From a virus (taxonomy: Duplodnaviria > Caudoviricetes), in the IMG/VR virus record IMGVR_UViG_3300032103_000300, positions 1 to 39,596 of that record: a DNA stretch of 39,596 bases; one strand, 5' to 3'. A program made the translations under genes and the position numbers. Shown here piece after piece: positions 11,001 to 18,275 of this stretch (its first letter is position 1; each line of letters begins with the position of its first letter). A model generated the notes under the pieces. That model saw nothing but the letters and a program-made list of their open reading frames with translations, was not told the origin of the DNA and did no database searches.

Positions 11001-11428
11001 GGTCTCGAAACGCCTTGATTCAAGCCCTTACTAAATATAATCCCGAAGGGGCCACCTCTCTAGGAAAAATGGTCAATGTAATACGGGCCGTTGCTCATTT
11101 AGGAGGCATTCCAGTTGCTAATGTTCTACGAGAACTGGAAGCCGCTCTTAATCAAATAGACCCTCTATTAGCTTATGAATGGCAAAAGTTGATGGAGAAT
11201 CCCACAACGACTAAACAAATGGAGAGACTTTTCAAAGAGGTTGCGAAATACCCCAACCCCCAAGAGGCTTTTGCTAAATCTTCCTTGCTTCCTGTACTAA
11301 AACGGGATATGATAGAAAGAGGCATTACAGCTCGTTCAGTAGAGTCAAGCGGGAATGCAAGGAACCGCCGTAAGCCTGGGTCAATCCCACTGTTGCCAGT
11401 CATCTCGAGACACTTCCCTAGTAGATAA
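2021..11428 (+). CDS. Giant (3135 aa) polyvalent / internal virion protein with zincin metallopeptidase, tandem EIQSDW modules and SAP-like motif
   Basis: Single ORF with GGGGAG RBS and GTG start. Pro-rich N-terminus, Gly/Ala hydrophobic region, HELVH (3545-3559) with downstream NEEF, four repeats starting FYSQL, helical C-terminal region. Confidence 0.85.
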   Translation: MPIRWKEPEKKPTTPKVDIKSSATAPRYVAPTVAPPSVPAVVKAPSAPKWVQSAPAPAPAPSRKGSDQRQSAPLTPRARTNNQRQPMPVSIAPPSPPKEGFKWEDLKALEVGNLQTHLADAQRQVMFDPNNPEKAKAVEILQQQLNDAQIDTSNKTFLARGVIGALKQLPLRGRSLVHGAKYGAPGAAVGAGAAAIAGQLGPQIALPEEIATVPLGAWFGAKTGMKLGSTIYMAQQEMGPAYFQYRSQGMTHEEAFAPALAAGVINGVVETLQLDRFIKTIPGLGTAIDEVKKRAVLEIMKNYAQYVALETSEEVIQSLVTNTMGQIAAAVANSKRLPEDQIAGMSIGEILSAAGREGAEAFPAVLVGGLPGHVAQAGIATFTSPSTPSSITQQIPEVNIASVTPQTVDVHQKGPEYRLQTLNEALRTTLDSVGTPYQAEIPLAVATSQATIKSRPDLQIAQTLSKKIGVEVVFYNPQDVADLHNGMYYDGAIYINERAQNPAHVVFGHELVHTFTPTEKAEFSYLMKELRKDPGAQQYFNKLKLEHQVSTGEILDRAQLNEEFLGDFLGENFTNESFIDKIAQASPSLAKRIWTGIKKLLSRLSDDAKNTPHEQVQVRQFVKDLEKAENKFAQIIGARIEAQKDIAQTSPMKGDSFLKASAKIGIHEGVKNADKFNIPETHKLVTPEHDRGLIPSKHSGIFDKDGSKTLENNLAPTLTFSQLQGSEAKRSIPRVSTRREENVFYSQLVRTINEKMPGTADKATVLEILNSPEIKRDEVKWTRGLEKWVSRQKGEIKKEELFSYIQEHGPQFVQKIVKPLAHKKKETAFSSSKDYSEQVYHIVERGSIENLKSLKDTTRAVREEGFKRFSTKRIDNFYSQLVKDIEKKIPYKTTKKALLSIIEGPAIKPEEVKWAGKLKEWVEAQDEPILKEDIIAHIHEYSPEFVTSSLKAEESIYRPILPFAASRAYQENFYHINQRPAKARTSKEIQELKDNIEAARKALYDYWDITSGSMGSAVADAIPREVRVRHEPALGRELAKRRAEYTRATQNLPFAGYKTGHFDDKAPIDLIAHSRTDMLTTRRKERVLHVHEIQSDWHQTGRREGYGTLNQYSSNPPEGPHSKTWPEFVAKNILNQAIETNAEYITWSTPEQQVELYGTDVYAWMGYHDAKGNPAWDIRYRETKQSQYMTYLDTIRNFEELDQIAPDHIAKKIWANIQQSPGFGTFKPRERGMEIFYGTYVPKAFESALREIGQKFVPIELEVVDADGQRHLQPGFKFTTEIAKAIKDKGFKKFSTKRDNFYSQLVRTIERKMPKTADKQMALQILRSPEVKPEEVKWVRGIEAWIHKQEGKVKKDDLLTYIYEHSPRFTSINLPGTYYAAYTPFRPSDKYLENLYHIEKLAPTIEDPQILIDLIDEAKLARNRLDEYQETLIKKYPIVPGDPVLPLTREEHEKLSELYDAWILSDNAVLSLQADKPFIGYIAPHFSRAADNIPDIIAHSRTDILDNPEKERVLHIFEIQSDWHQAGRKYGYNKQDPRGNITPEGPHSKTWLELAVKNLLNQAVHSDAKYITWATSKQQVEVNGTDVFEWVQLRDDEGLEKWEVKYTKTTLNNKRVLLGYIETLEDLREKLQGSYYTANKVWNAMQQDPFGMIKPREEGMEIFYGTYVPKAFESALREIGQKFVPITVTVVDDSNQGRKQPGIEITPEIVKAIQDKGFKKFSTKRGFYSQLYKTVEKKMPKTADKQVVLNILQSPEIKPDEVLWTRGLKFWINSHEGKINKTDLLAYIHEASPSFIKTSLTRNNTAYRGMLPFSASEDYSEDLYHIEAQQPLEKDPIVIEELKTKLQAADRALDDYRLYQNNRTLPDDYQARTKLLAKELLEAERLMRNWQKAKKHLDKVTIRQPVVGHYIRHFRGVGIPDVFVHVRTDVLDTADAYDAVLHVHEIQSDWHQDGRKFGYDTSPHNIPEGPHSKTWLEFAVKNLLHDAALSNYHYLTWSTGDQQIKMYGTDIFKWRRQFGNIWKVDLYESTNPFQILENATIGTMHGLHEIISLSDTKKAEKVWKAIQASPEQGKIEPRAAGMKAFYETLVPKAFEAALREIGQKFVPITVEVIDVNDFTHKQPGIEITPEIIQAIHEKGFKKFSIKRSPKAQTLEQKIAELKAQIPTMSKTAANKLKKELARYEALLQEVKDREVKTKHINEIRKILTQKLIIPQIKQQAKEDRKLATGKLRHRLEAIRLKKREKRAKLLDRRVKKDLLESLRQLKAAELRPHYRAAADQLLEGLDLKSIRMNLNNKLKLEKAAAFFQAQQAHDPSYEIPEGLQNRLRRLNQKRIGDMSADDIQVLQDAVTHILKLNELTNKLIADRGLKEFESVKQAALRGINAPNNKQIKRMHWLQKQWDYLMKTGALMPEMLAARLLGWDRNNEAYKVLYTDMEEGQRKMYGKQQEIENYLDEQWKGIDTIKWDANKHDVKLASGTYKLTSGEKISLYLHSLHPQNRAHIIEGGFTTEENLAVTKLTAEDLAKIGTELKPQELDVAKSIHHMFNEMLSKAINETSVKLKGYEIARVRDYFPIITEKMLQDKDFPSHLRKAVLEQAGYLKTRQGGTNAIRLESVFRVVERSKNMVSAYYGQAIPLRNLKMLLGNADVSNAILKKYGENVLEIYQRLWQQLEGNRERLNPSDRAIKTTMHNVIQSILGLGPWIWFKQLASIPSAWADIDAKYLAQGVATKADWKTMEAKSPIMWLRRRGYINPEAGEIARRRQEHRKPGSWTTMPIQTFDNMAIASVWNAVIAETKDLEPQLSGDAFWDRVARRTEKIIFHTQPNFSALQRSDVARTESVLLRLATLFASQRNTNYNLLYEAGVEASQGNYKKATRIVSAVAAGSLTVAAIDLVRFKWRDREDQEELAYLTEQFAVALMSNAYFAESLYSILIKGRAREDAVDTAIQDFLIATRDLASSPFTPGTLSPQEIHTLSITDLREAATSRGISTDGRSRNALIQALTKYNPEGATSLGKMVNVIRAVAHLGGIPVANVLRELEAALNQIDPLLAYEWQKLMENPTTTKQMERLFKEVAKYPNPQEAFAKSSLLPVLKRDMIERGITARSVESSGNARNRRKPGSIPLLPVISRHFPSR
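4250..8461 (+). repeat. Four diverged intragenic domain repeats (one internally deleted, three of ~425 aa)
   Basis: Units start FYSQL at 4250, 4649, 5921 and 7199 and end GFK[KR]FS[TI]KR. Units 2-4 contain HxRTD...LHxxEIQSDWHQ...PEGPHSKTW. Confidence 0.93.
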
Positions 11429-11446
11429 GAAGGAGGAAGAAAAGCA

Positions 11447-12211
11447 ATGGACTACAAAAATCATTTTTTTGAAGAGGACATTAAAGAGTCTATTAGAAGG
11501 AAATTATTGGTTGGCGATGGGCAGGGCAATTTTAGACCCGATGACCCAATTACTCGAGGCGAAGCAGCAGCTTTAATGCTTCGATTATTGTCGCAAACAG
11601 AAGCACTAGAGTACGAAGTACGAAAGGTAATTAAGCAAGCTAAGCCCGCGGTTGTTCGTATTGCGACAGAGCATGGTCTAGGAACGGGTAGTATTATAAC
11701 TCCAGAGGGACTCGTGCTTACTAATCATCATGTAGTCAGTAAGCAAGGTCAATTGGCCAAAAATGTTATTGTTCAAGCTATTATTCAAAAGGTTGGGTGG
11801 GAAGAGTACGAAAACTTACCCGCCCAGATTATCCTCCGCGATGAGTTTCTGGATTTAGCCTTACTTAGGATAAATCAGCCCGCTCGTATACTACCCACTT
11901 TAAGCATTAAGCCCTCTGTGGAATGCCAAGATTTAGAGGGCAACTTCGTTATCTGTATGGGCTATCCTCTAGGGTTACAAGTAACAGCTACGTTTGGTAT
12001 TGTATCTCAGGACGTTCAAGTTGTGTCTGCCTATATCGGGCATATTCAAACTGATGCAGCTATCAACCCAGGTAACTCAGGCGGTCCTATGCTTAACTTA
12101 AAAGGGGAAATTATAGGAGTAAACACTCTCAAAATCTCAAATCATGATAATATGGGTTTTGCTGTGGATACCAGGTTTATCGAGAAATTCTTGTCGGGTC
12201 TTCGAGAATAA
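11447..12211 (+). CDS. SLH-domain trypsin-like (HtrA/S1C-type, no PDZ) serine protease
   Basis: N-terminal GNFRPDDPITRGEAAALMLR (SLH signature); catalytic triad motifs TNHH, DLALL, AINPGNSGGP. Confidence 0.92.
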   Translation: MDYKNHFFEEDIKESIRRKLLVGDGQGNFRPDDPITRGEAAALMLRLLSQTEALEYEVRKVIKQAKPAVVRIATEHGLGTGSIITPEGLVLTNHHVVSKQGQLAKNVIVQAIIQKVGWEEYENLPAQIILRDEFLDLALLRINQPARILPTLSIKPSVECQDLEGNFVICMGYPLGLQVTATFGIVSQDVQVVSAYIGHIQTDAAINPGNSGGPMLNLKGEIIGVNTLKISNHDNMGFAVDTRFIEKFLSGLRE

Positions 12212-12516
12212 TGGATAATTATAGAGGGCCTGTGAGCCGTGAAGAATGGTACTCTAACAAAGAACTGTATGAACTCATCATGGAGATGAGTGATGGACTT
12301 AATGCGTTAAATGTCGAGTTAAAGGAGACTCAACGAGTAGTAAAAAAATATAACTCACTCAGAGAAACTCTTGGAGAATGTCAGCTTAAAATTCAAGAGA
12401 TGGAAAATAGAGCCCAAGAGAGACAAAGAATAGGCTTATTTACGAGAGAATGGGTTGGTTGGCTTATAGGCCTCTTATCGTTCCTGTTATTATTGAAAGA
12501 GAGGGGAATATTATGA
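12211..12516 (+). CDS. Holin-like / XhlA-like membrane protein
   Basis: Coiled coil followed by a C-terminal hydrophobic helix (WVGWLIGLLSFLLLL); TAATG and ATGA overlaps with neighbours in the lysis cassette. Confidence 0.65.
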   Translation: MDNYRGPVSREEWYSNKELYELIMEMSDGLNALNVELKETQRVVKKYNSLRETLGECQLKIQEMENRAQERQRIGLFTREWVGWLIGLLSFLLLLKERGIL

Positions 12517-13163
12517 GAATAGCGATTGAGGCTGGACACGGGGGCGCCGACCCAGGCGCGGTGGGCCATGACTTGCAAGAAAAGAATCTAAATTTAATAG
12601 TGGCTTTTCATACGGCGGCGATTCTCCAGCAGCATGGGCTACAGGCAATTCTAATAAGGGGACATGACCATAATATAACGCTACCCGCTCGTACTAATAT
12701 GGCCATCCAGCTAAGTGCCCAAGCTTATCTTTCTATTCATTTTAATGCCTTCAACCTTCCACAACCTAGGGGAATGGAGATATTCCATAGCCGGGTACAT
12801 CCTAGTCCTCTTGGTCGACTTGTTTTGGAAGAGCTGCTTATTATGTTTCCCAACTTACCGTCTAGGGGACTCAAAACTCGACTGAATGACCAAGGGCAAG
12901 ATTGGTTCCACACCATAAGAGCTATGGGCCAAATACCTTCTATTGTCACAGAAGGAGCTTTTATTACGAATCCTGAAGATGCTGAACTATTAAAAGACCC
13001 TAGTTTCTTATTCAACCATGCTACGGCCTTAGCTCGTGGCGTGATTAAATTTGCTAACCAGCCTATGTTTAATTGGCCCCTCACCCAGGCATCAAAGAAG
13101 GAGGTTATCTACAAGGGTATGCTCACTAGTATCTCAAATATACTAAAAGGAGGTGAATTTTGA
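12513..13163 (+). CDS. Endolysin, N-acetylmuramoyl-L-alanine amidase (Amidase_3)
   Basis: IEAGHGGADPGA, EKNLNL, SIHFNA and TEGAFITNPED motifs; start moved to ATG 12513 (ATGA overlap, RBS GAGGGG). Confidence 0.93.
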   Translation: MRIAIEAGHGGADPGAVGHDLQEKNLNLIVAFHTAAILQQHGLQAILIRGHDHNITLPARTNMAIQLSAQAYLSIHFNAFNLPQPRGMEIFHSRVHPSPLGRLVLEELLIMFPNLPSRGLKTRLNDQGQDWFHTIRAMGQIPSIVTEGAFITNPEDAELLKDPSFLFNHATALARGVIKFANQPMFNWPLTQASKKEVIYKGMLTSISNILKGGEF

Positions 13164-13426
13164 TGGACATGGTCATCATTATCGGGCTAGTTATGATACT
13201 AATTGAGATTTTCAAGGTCACGCTAAGCAAGTTTTTAAGCAAAGAGACCATTAAGCAACTCATTCCATTAGGTGTATTTATTCTAGCCGGGAGCTTAAAT
13301 GTCTTATTCAACGCTCTACTTTTTGAACAAGTCACAATAATAGAAGCCCTGAGACAGGGCTTCATCGACGGAGCTATTGCTGGGGGCATCTACTCTTTAG
13401 GTAAAGCTGGATTGGGTAAAAGCTGA
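13163..13426 (+). CDS. Holin
   Basis: Small protein with 2-3 hydrophobic helices ending GAIAGGIYSLGK; AGGAGGTG RBS; TGATG overlap with the amidase. Confidence 0.8.
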   Translation: MDMVIIIGLVMILIEIFKVTLSKFLSKETIKQLIPLGVFILAGSLNVLFNALLFEQVTIIEALRQGFIDGAIAGGIYSLGKAGLGKS

Positions 13427-13481
13427 GAGGAGGTGGTCGACAGAGAGCACTGGAGGTGATGTCCAACCTTTCCTTTCTTTA

Positions 13482-13520
13482 AGGCCCCTTGCTTGCCATG
13501 GCGAGGGGCCTCTTTTTATT
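13482..13520 (+). terminator. Intrinsic terminator between convergent late and replication operons
   Basis: GGCCCCTTGC-N8-GCGAGGGGCC stem followed by TCTTTTTATT. Confidence 0.8.
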
Positions 13521-13839
13521 TGCTCTTGAAAGCTGCACGAATAGCCTTAAGCGCGGGGTCATCTTTCTTCCATTCCCACCGACCCTCTGCTTTAGCCATA
13601 TGTTTACGAAGCCACTTGCGAATTAGTCTGCCGTCTACTTTGAGCTCACTGCTAAGCTCTTTGAGGTTAATCAGGTCATTTGGATTAAAGTCTTTTTTCT
13701 TCTCTGGGATGACTACGGCAACTTTTAGGGGCTCCTTCCCTTGCTTAATTTCTGCTTCAATCTCATCAACCAATTTTTCGAGCTGCCCAGTCACATCTGT
13801 TTCAACTTTGCTAAAATCTAACTTAACCATTCGCTTCAC
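13516..13839 (-). CDS. Small basic HTH-like DNA-binding protein
   Basis: C-terminal LKELSSELKVDGRLIRKWLR...RWEW; start uncertain (13848, 13839 or 13830). Confidence 0.65.
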   Translation of the reverse strand: MKRMVKLDFSKVETDVTGQLEKLVDEIEAEIKQGKEPLKVAVVIPEKKKDFNPNDLINLKELSSELKVDGRLIRKWLRKHMAKAEGRWEWKKDDPALKAIRAAFKSK

Positions 13840-15268
13840 TAGGAACACTTCCTTTCAATATATTTTTGAGGTCATCGACCACCATTTTTGCAAGGTCTCC
13901 TTTGGTCCTGAGCCGGGCCATAATTTCCGTATCAACGGTTCCTTTAGCAACGATATGAATATAAGTGACCTTTTGCTCCTGCCCAATTCTGTGGACCCTA
14001 GCTTTAGCCTGTTCGTAATCGCCCAGATTATAGCTTAAGGATAAGAATATGACAGTATCGGCGGCAGTAAGCGTAATACCAACACCTCCAGTAGAGATTT
14101 GCGCTATGAAGACCTTAACTTCAGGGTCACTTTGGAACTCCCTGATTATCGTTTTCCTACTCTGGGGTTTTGTCCCCCCTACAAGTAATCGAAAGCATAT
14201 CTTTTGTGCCTTTAATCTTTTGACTAGTGCTTTAATTTCGGGAAGAAAACGGGCGAATACAACCACTTTCTTGTCTGCAATTATAGTGTCTTGGATAACT
14301 TCTTCACAAACTCCCAACTTCTCGCTGCCAACCCGTTGTATTACCCTAAGCTGAGAATCTTCTGGATGCTCTAGAGAGGCAAAGCCCCCTGCAATTTGTT
14401 GAAGCCTAAGAATTTTTGTTAATACTATAGGGGCGGTAACTATCCCTCTCTTTAGCTCGAGAATAGCCTCTTGCTTCATAGCCTCGTAGAGTTTTTTAGT
14501 TTTTGGTTCTAGCGAGACCCTCAAAATTTGGTCCACAGTATCTGGGAGGTCTAGGGCTTCTTTTTTAGTTACTCTATAAGCTATTCGATGGGCACGAGCT
14601 GCTAAATCTTCAAGGTCTCGAAAGCCGACAATTTGATAACCCATATAGCCTCCCATAATAGCATATCTATCTCGAAAGAGCTTGAGTCTTCTCCCAAAGA
14701 TTGTCTCGTCTAAGAAGAGGTATTGAGAAAAGAAGTCCATAGGAGATTTTGTCATGGGCGTACCAGTTAATATCATACGATATTTTGCTCTATGACCCAG
14801 CCTGATTAAAGCTTTTGTTCGCTTAGCTTGGGGGTTTTTGATGTATTGACTCTCATCAGCTACTATCAAGTCAGGCTTCCATTTTAGTAAGCTAGGTTCC
14901 ATTTTTGGAAGAGCATCGTAGTTGATAAGTAGAACTTGTAGAGATTCGTCATCGGCCCATTTGAGGACCGTCTCCTCCCGGTGCTTGATTTTATCTACCA
15001 ACGGAAATACCCTATTCGGAAAATCTGCATGCTCTAGGAATTGTTCTTCCCAGCTCCCAATGACAGATAATGGTGCAACAACCAATACCCTCTTAACTTG
15101 ATGTTGAAGATACCGATAGCCCATAGCAGCTATTGCAACTAAAGATTTTCCTGTACCCTGCTCCATAAGAAGCGCCACATTAGGTCTTGATATAGAAAAA
15201 CTGAAAGCTTCTACTTGGTGTGCATAGGGCTGAGTTTTAAGGGGCAGGGGATTATTCATCCCCTGCAT
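13823..15268 (-). CDS. SNF2-family (SF2) helicase/ATPase
   Basis: MEQGTGKS, ADESQYIKN, LTGTP, GGVGITLTAA, QAKARVHRIGQ. Confidence 0.93.
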   Translation of the reverse strand: MQGMNNPLPLKTQPYAHQVEAFSFSISRPNVALLMEQGTGKSLVAIAAMGYRYLQHQVKRVLVVAPLSVIGSWEEQFLEHADFPNRVFPLVDKIKHREETVLKWADDESLQVLLINYDALPKMEPSLLKWKPDLIVADESQYIKNPQAKRTKALIRLGHRAKYRMILTGTPMTKSPMDFFSQYLFLDETIFGRRLKLFRDRYAIMGGYMGYQIVGFRDLEDLAARAHRIAYRVTKKEALDLPDTVDQILRVSLEPKTKKLYEAMKQEAILELKRGIVTAPIVLTKILRLQQIAGGFASLEHPEDSQLRVIQRVGSEKLGVCEEVIQDTIIADKKVVVFARFLPEIKALVKRLKAQKICFRLLVGGTKPQSRKTIIREFQSDPEVKVFIAQISTGGVGITLTAADTVIFLSLSYNLGDYEQAKARVHRIGQEQKVTYIHIVAKGTVDTEIMARLRTKGDLAKMVVDDLKNILKGSVPSEANG

Positions 15269-15494
15269 CGTCTTTTAATACGAAATTGTCCTCCATATAG
15301 TCTGTATAAATCTTATAAATAAAGGAACCCACTTCTTTGGGGGAATGGGTAGCTCGGGGGTCAGCAATATATTTTGCAATTTCATCGGCTAGAAAATCGG
15401 ACCCATTGGCTAATTCTTCCTCCTCTAAAACCCTTAGCATTGAAATAAGCGCCGTTTTTTCGACCTGTTCCCTCATTTTAACGGTTATTGACAT
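15252..15494 (-). CDS. Hypothetical acidic protein
   Basis: 80-aa ORF with AAGGGGG RBS directly downstream of a consensus promoter. Confidence 0.7.
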   Translation of the reverse strand: MSITVKMREQVEKTALISMLRVLEEEELANGSDFLADEIAKYIADPRATHSPKEVGSFIYKIYTDYMEDNFVLKDDAGDE

Positions 15495-15530
15495 TTTCCG
15501 TTGCCCCCTTTTAGTTAAATTTACAAATTT

Positions 15531-15559
15531 ATTATACCAGAAGTTGCAAAACTTGTAAA
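15531..15559 (-). promoter_or_regulatory. Sigma-A-type promoter
   Basis: TTTACA-17 bp-TATAAT with extended -10 TG on the minus strand. Confidence 0.8.
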
Positions 15560-15563
15560 GGTC

Positions 15564-15854
15564 TTATTTTAAGCGCGATTTTACGGCATTTATAGCCTGG
15601 TCTGGGGTGGTAATCATCATGGCACAGCCTCCTGCTTGATTGATAAGCTTAAGTATATGTTGCTGAAGTTTGGTTAAGTTATGTTCGCGGCCAGGAAGCT
15701 TTACTTCAAAACCAAAGAAATAACCCTCACAGCATCCTATTATATCGGGAATTCCAGCACGTTGAAACGGTCCACCGTGAATCTTTATCCAAAAACCTCC
15801 TACCTGACCTTCCAAACTTACAATAATTTTAGTAACCAATCGGGCTTCACTCAT
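15564..15854 (-). CDS. VRR-NUC nuclease (Holliday-junction resolvase-like)
   Basis: MSEARL...KIHGGPFQRAGIPDII...FEVK...LTKLQ; AGGAGG RBS before ATG 15854. Confidence 0.88.
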   Translation of the reverse strand: MSEARLVTKIIVSLEGQVGGFWIKIHGGPFQRAGIPDIIGCCEGYFFGFEVKLPGREHNLTKLQQHILKLINQAGGCAMMITTPDQAINAVKSRLK

Positions 15855-15867
15855 CTTGTCCTCCTGC

Positions 15868-15902
15868 AAAAAGGGGCTACAGGCTTATCCTCCTGCAGCC
15901 CC
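15868..15902 (-). terminator. Intrinsic terminator/attenuator after the SSB gene
   Basis: Minus strand GGGGCTGCAGG-N8-CCTGTAGCCCC-TTTTT. Confidence 0.75.
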
Positions 15903-15912
15903 CGTTTCGTGT

Positions 15913-16482
15913 TTATAGGTCGTCTTCGTCCTCGGCATCTAACGCTTCCTGGACGACTTTCCGAACTTTGTTAATATCCTCTCTAATCTTTTTAGAGATT
16001 GCAATGTCGTTCTCGGATGCAAATGCTAGAAGTTCCTGCAGATTCATGGTATCTACATCGGGACCTTCTTCCTCGTCAATCTCGTCCCCATCATCTGCTT
16101 CAGCATCTTCAGAGGGGAAGAAGTCCGTAATACGAGCCTTCTTTTTACCTTCATACATTTCATGAGCGACCGTTACGCCACATTTGAGACCGATAAGCTC
16201 ATCTAAGTCTAAGTTCATGAGCTTATTAGGGACTGGTACACCCAGAGAGACGAGCACGTTTTTAAGATTAAACAGTGCTTGAGGTTGGAGGGAGGTATTA
16301 TGCCAAAGCTTACCGCCACCCGCAACTTCGAATTGCCAAGCTAGGTATTGTTTACTGGCTTCTGATACCTTCAGCTCAACCTCTTTGACAGTAACCGTGT
16401 GGTCCCCCTCAGGAGCGACCGTATGTGCTTCTATGCCCTCCATATTAATGCCGATGACGCGACCTTTCTTGTTCTTTGCCAT
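15913..16482 (-). CDS. Single-stranded DNA-binding protein (DUF669-like)
   Basis: PEGDHTVTV...YLAWQFEV...LWHNTSL...LDLDELIG...EMYEGKKKARI plus acidic tail; follows a Sak4-like ATPase. Confidence 0.75.
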   Translation of the reverse strand: MAKNKKGRVIGINMEGIEAHTVAPEGDHTVTVKEVELKVSEASKQYLAWQFEVAGGGKLWHNTSLQPQALFNLKNVLVSLGVPVPNKLMNLDLDELIGLKCGVTVAHEMYEGKKKARITDFFPSEDAEADDGDEIDEEEGPDVDTMNLQELLAFASENDIAISKKIREDINKVRKVVQEALDAEDEDDL

Positions 16483-17276
16483 TATTCCTTACCTCCTATT
16501 GATAGTTGTAGTAACTCCGAGTAAGCCGGATTTGCCAATACAGCGGGAACTTCTCCCCCCATGGAGGGGTCTCTACGTAATTTCGTAAGGTATCGTGCAT
16601 GGGGTCCAATGCGGAGACAAAACTCAGTGACTGTCTTAGTCTTCGTTTTATCTCCAACCTTCACTTTTTTCTCACGTTCTCTAATAAAGGTATTTCCTAT
16701 GACTGAAACTGCGGCATTGAGGATTTTAGCCACAGAGGGCATTAGGTAGGGCCCCATCTCGGGGTCAATAGCCCCTTCATCTTCTACTTCATCTGAAGCG
16801 CTCATGCGGTCTTGGGCCGTAAAAACTACATTCATTTCTAAGTCGCGATAAAACGTAATCCAAGTCTTAAGTAAACTGGCTGCTTCGCCCCAAGCTCTCC
16901 GGGATATAGTTCCGCCGTCTGCGCCCGTAACATGTTTAAGAGCTAAGTCTTGCAATTGTGTAACAGTGTCGATGACGACGGTCTGAAATTTTCCCTTACC
17001 TGGCCCAGCCAAATACCAATAAACTTCTTCTACGTCTAACCAAGTCTCGACTTTCAGGACTTTAATTCCCGACTGGCTGCGTAGGGTAGTCGTACCAATC
17101 TCTTTTACGTCCAGAAGTAGGATAGGTTTGGGAAAGGTGCCAGCTATATGCGTCTTACCTGTGCCCGAGCGACCATAAAATAACGCTTTCAGGTGGGTTG
17201 GCATTTCACTGACGTCTACAAAACGGTCTTCAATACTATTCTTCGTCAGTTCCTGTGGACTCTTCTTCTTCGACAA
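16482..17276 (-). CDS. AAA_24 / Sak4-like ATPase (single-strand annealing recombinase)
   Basis: YGRSGTGKT Walker A, VVIDTVTQL Walker B, VVFTAQ; start moved to TTG 17276 after AGGAGGTG. Confidence 0.85.
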   Translation of the reverse strand: MSKKKSPQELTKNSIEDRFVDVSEMPTHLKALFYGRSGTGKTHIAGTFPKPILLLDVKEIGTTTLRSQSGIKVLKVETWLDVEEVYWYLAGPGKGKFQTVVIDTVTQLQDLALKHVTGADGGTISRRAWGEAASLLKTWITFYRDLEMNVVFTAQDRMSASDEVEDEGAIDPEMGPYLMPSVAKILNAAVSVIGNTFIREREKKVKVGDKTKTKTVTEFCLRIGPHARYLTKLRRDPSMGGEVPAVLANPAYSELLQLSIGGKE

Positions 17277-18249
17277 ACGATTCACCTCCTTCAAATTCAG
17301 GGTCCAGTTTGGTTGCGTATTCGGTCTTGAGTATGAAGTCAACGTCGAGTCCCATAATTTCTGCGCTACATAATGAGTAGAATTCGCAACGGGTCTCACA
17401 TTCCCGACGAAGGTTCCTATAAGGATAGTTAATCAATCTTGGCATTTCGATGGAAATAACCCTGAGTTCCTCCAAGAGAGCATTCACGATATTATCAGGC
17501 TTGGGCAAATATTTTCGTTCGTAAAACACGTTTTGCTTCGCTCTTTCTAGCTCTTCTTGGTAATCGGCTGGGTTTAGTCCGTTAAGCTTGATAGCGTTCA
17601 AGTATGTCTCATAATCCGTACGTAGCTTTTTAGCACGACTAAGTCCTCCTTTCTTAAGAAGCTTGGGTATTGTAGGGGGTCGAGTCTTAATATAATCATA
17701 AACCACACCTACGGGTTTTCCAAGCTTTAATTTTTCTACCACCTTAATATATAACGCGCTTTGCAAATCGTAGAGACGAAAACCTTCTGTAGGCCAGCTC
17801 ATGGACGTGGATTTGTGTTCTTCCACCCATACTCCCCTGTGGTCAGAAAATACCCGGTCAATCTTACCTCGGACAAATACTCCAGGAAGGAGTTCGATAT
17901 CGGGACCGCGGTTTTGACCAAACTCAAGCTCTACTCCGATGGTGTTGCCCCGCATACCCTCATACTTCTTGAAATAACCCGTCATTAGTCTTTCAACTTC
18001 GTCGGGTAATGACCCGTAGAATTCCCTCTCTTCCTCAGTTAATTGAGCGAATTCCTCCCGAGCTGCCTCAATTACATTTGGCCACCATTCGCCTTTATAA
18101 TAGGCTTCAATAACTCGGTGAATTAAATCTCCCCGTTTTAGGGGTAAACCAACACGCTTTTTGCGGAGTTTTTTGACTCTTTTATAGTAGCTTAATTGTC
18201 GGCAAGTTTTCCAATCTCGGATAGACGAGAACGATAGTACTTGTGGCAT
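17236..18249 (-). CDS. PD-(D/E)xK exonuclease (Cas4/RecB-like)
   Basis: SFSSIRDWKTC, RGKIDRV, EHKS, QSALY and C-terminal C-x3-C-x5-C. Confidence 0.88.
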   Translation of the reverse strand: MPQVLSFSSIRDWKTCRQLSYYKRVKKLRKKRVGLPLKRGDLIHRVIEAYYKGEWWPNVIEAAREEFAQLTEEEREFYGSLPDEVERLMTGYFKKYEGMRGNTIGVELEFGQNRGPDIELLPGVFVRGKIDRVFSDHRGVWVEEHKSTSMSWPTEGFRLYDLQSALYIKVVEKLKLGKPVGVVYDYIKTRPPTIPKLLKKGGLSRAKKLRTDYETYLNAIKLNGLNPADYQEELERAKQNVFYERKYLPKPDNIVNALLEELRVISIEMPRLINYPYRNLRRECETRCEFYSLCSAEIMGLDVDFILKTEYATKLDPEFEGGESFVEEEESTGTDEE

Positions 18250-18275
18250 TTCGTTTAACCTCCCTTCGTAAGTAA

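Noticed and set aside
11447-12211. Serine protease as the enzyme cutting the FSTKR linkers after K/R
   Set aside because: HtrA/S1C-type pockets generally prefer aliphatic P1 residues, and the SLH domain and coupling to lysis genes point to the envelope; kept only as an alternative.
17236-18249. Cas4-like gene as evidence of a CRISPR-Cas system
   Set aside because: It sits with a Sak4-like ATPase and SSB in an ordinary phage recombination module; no other cas genes or array.
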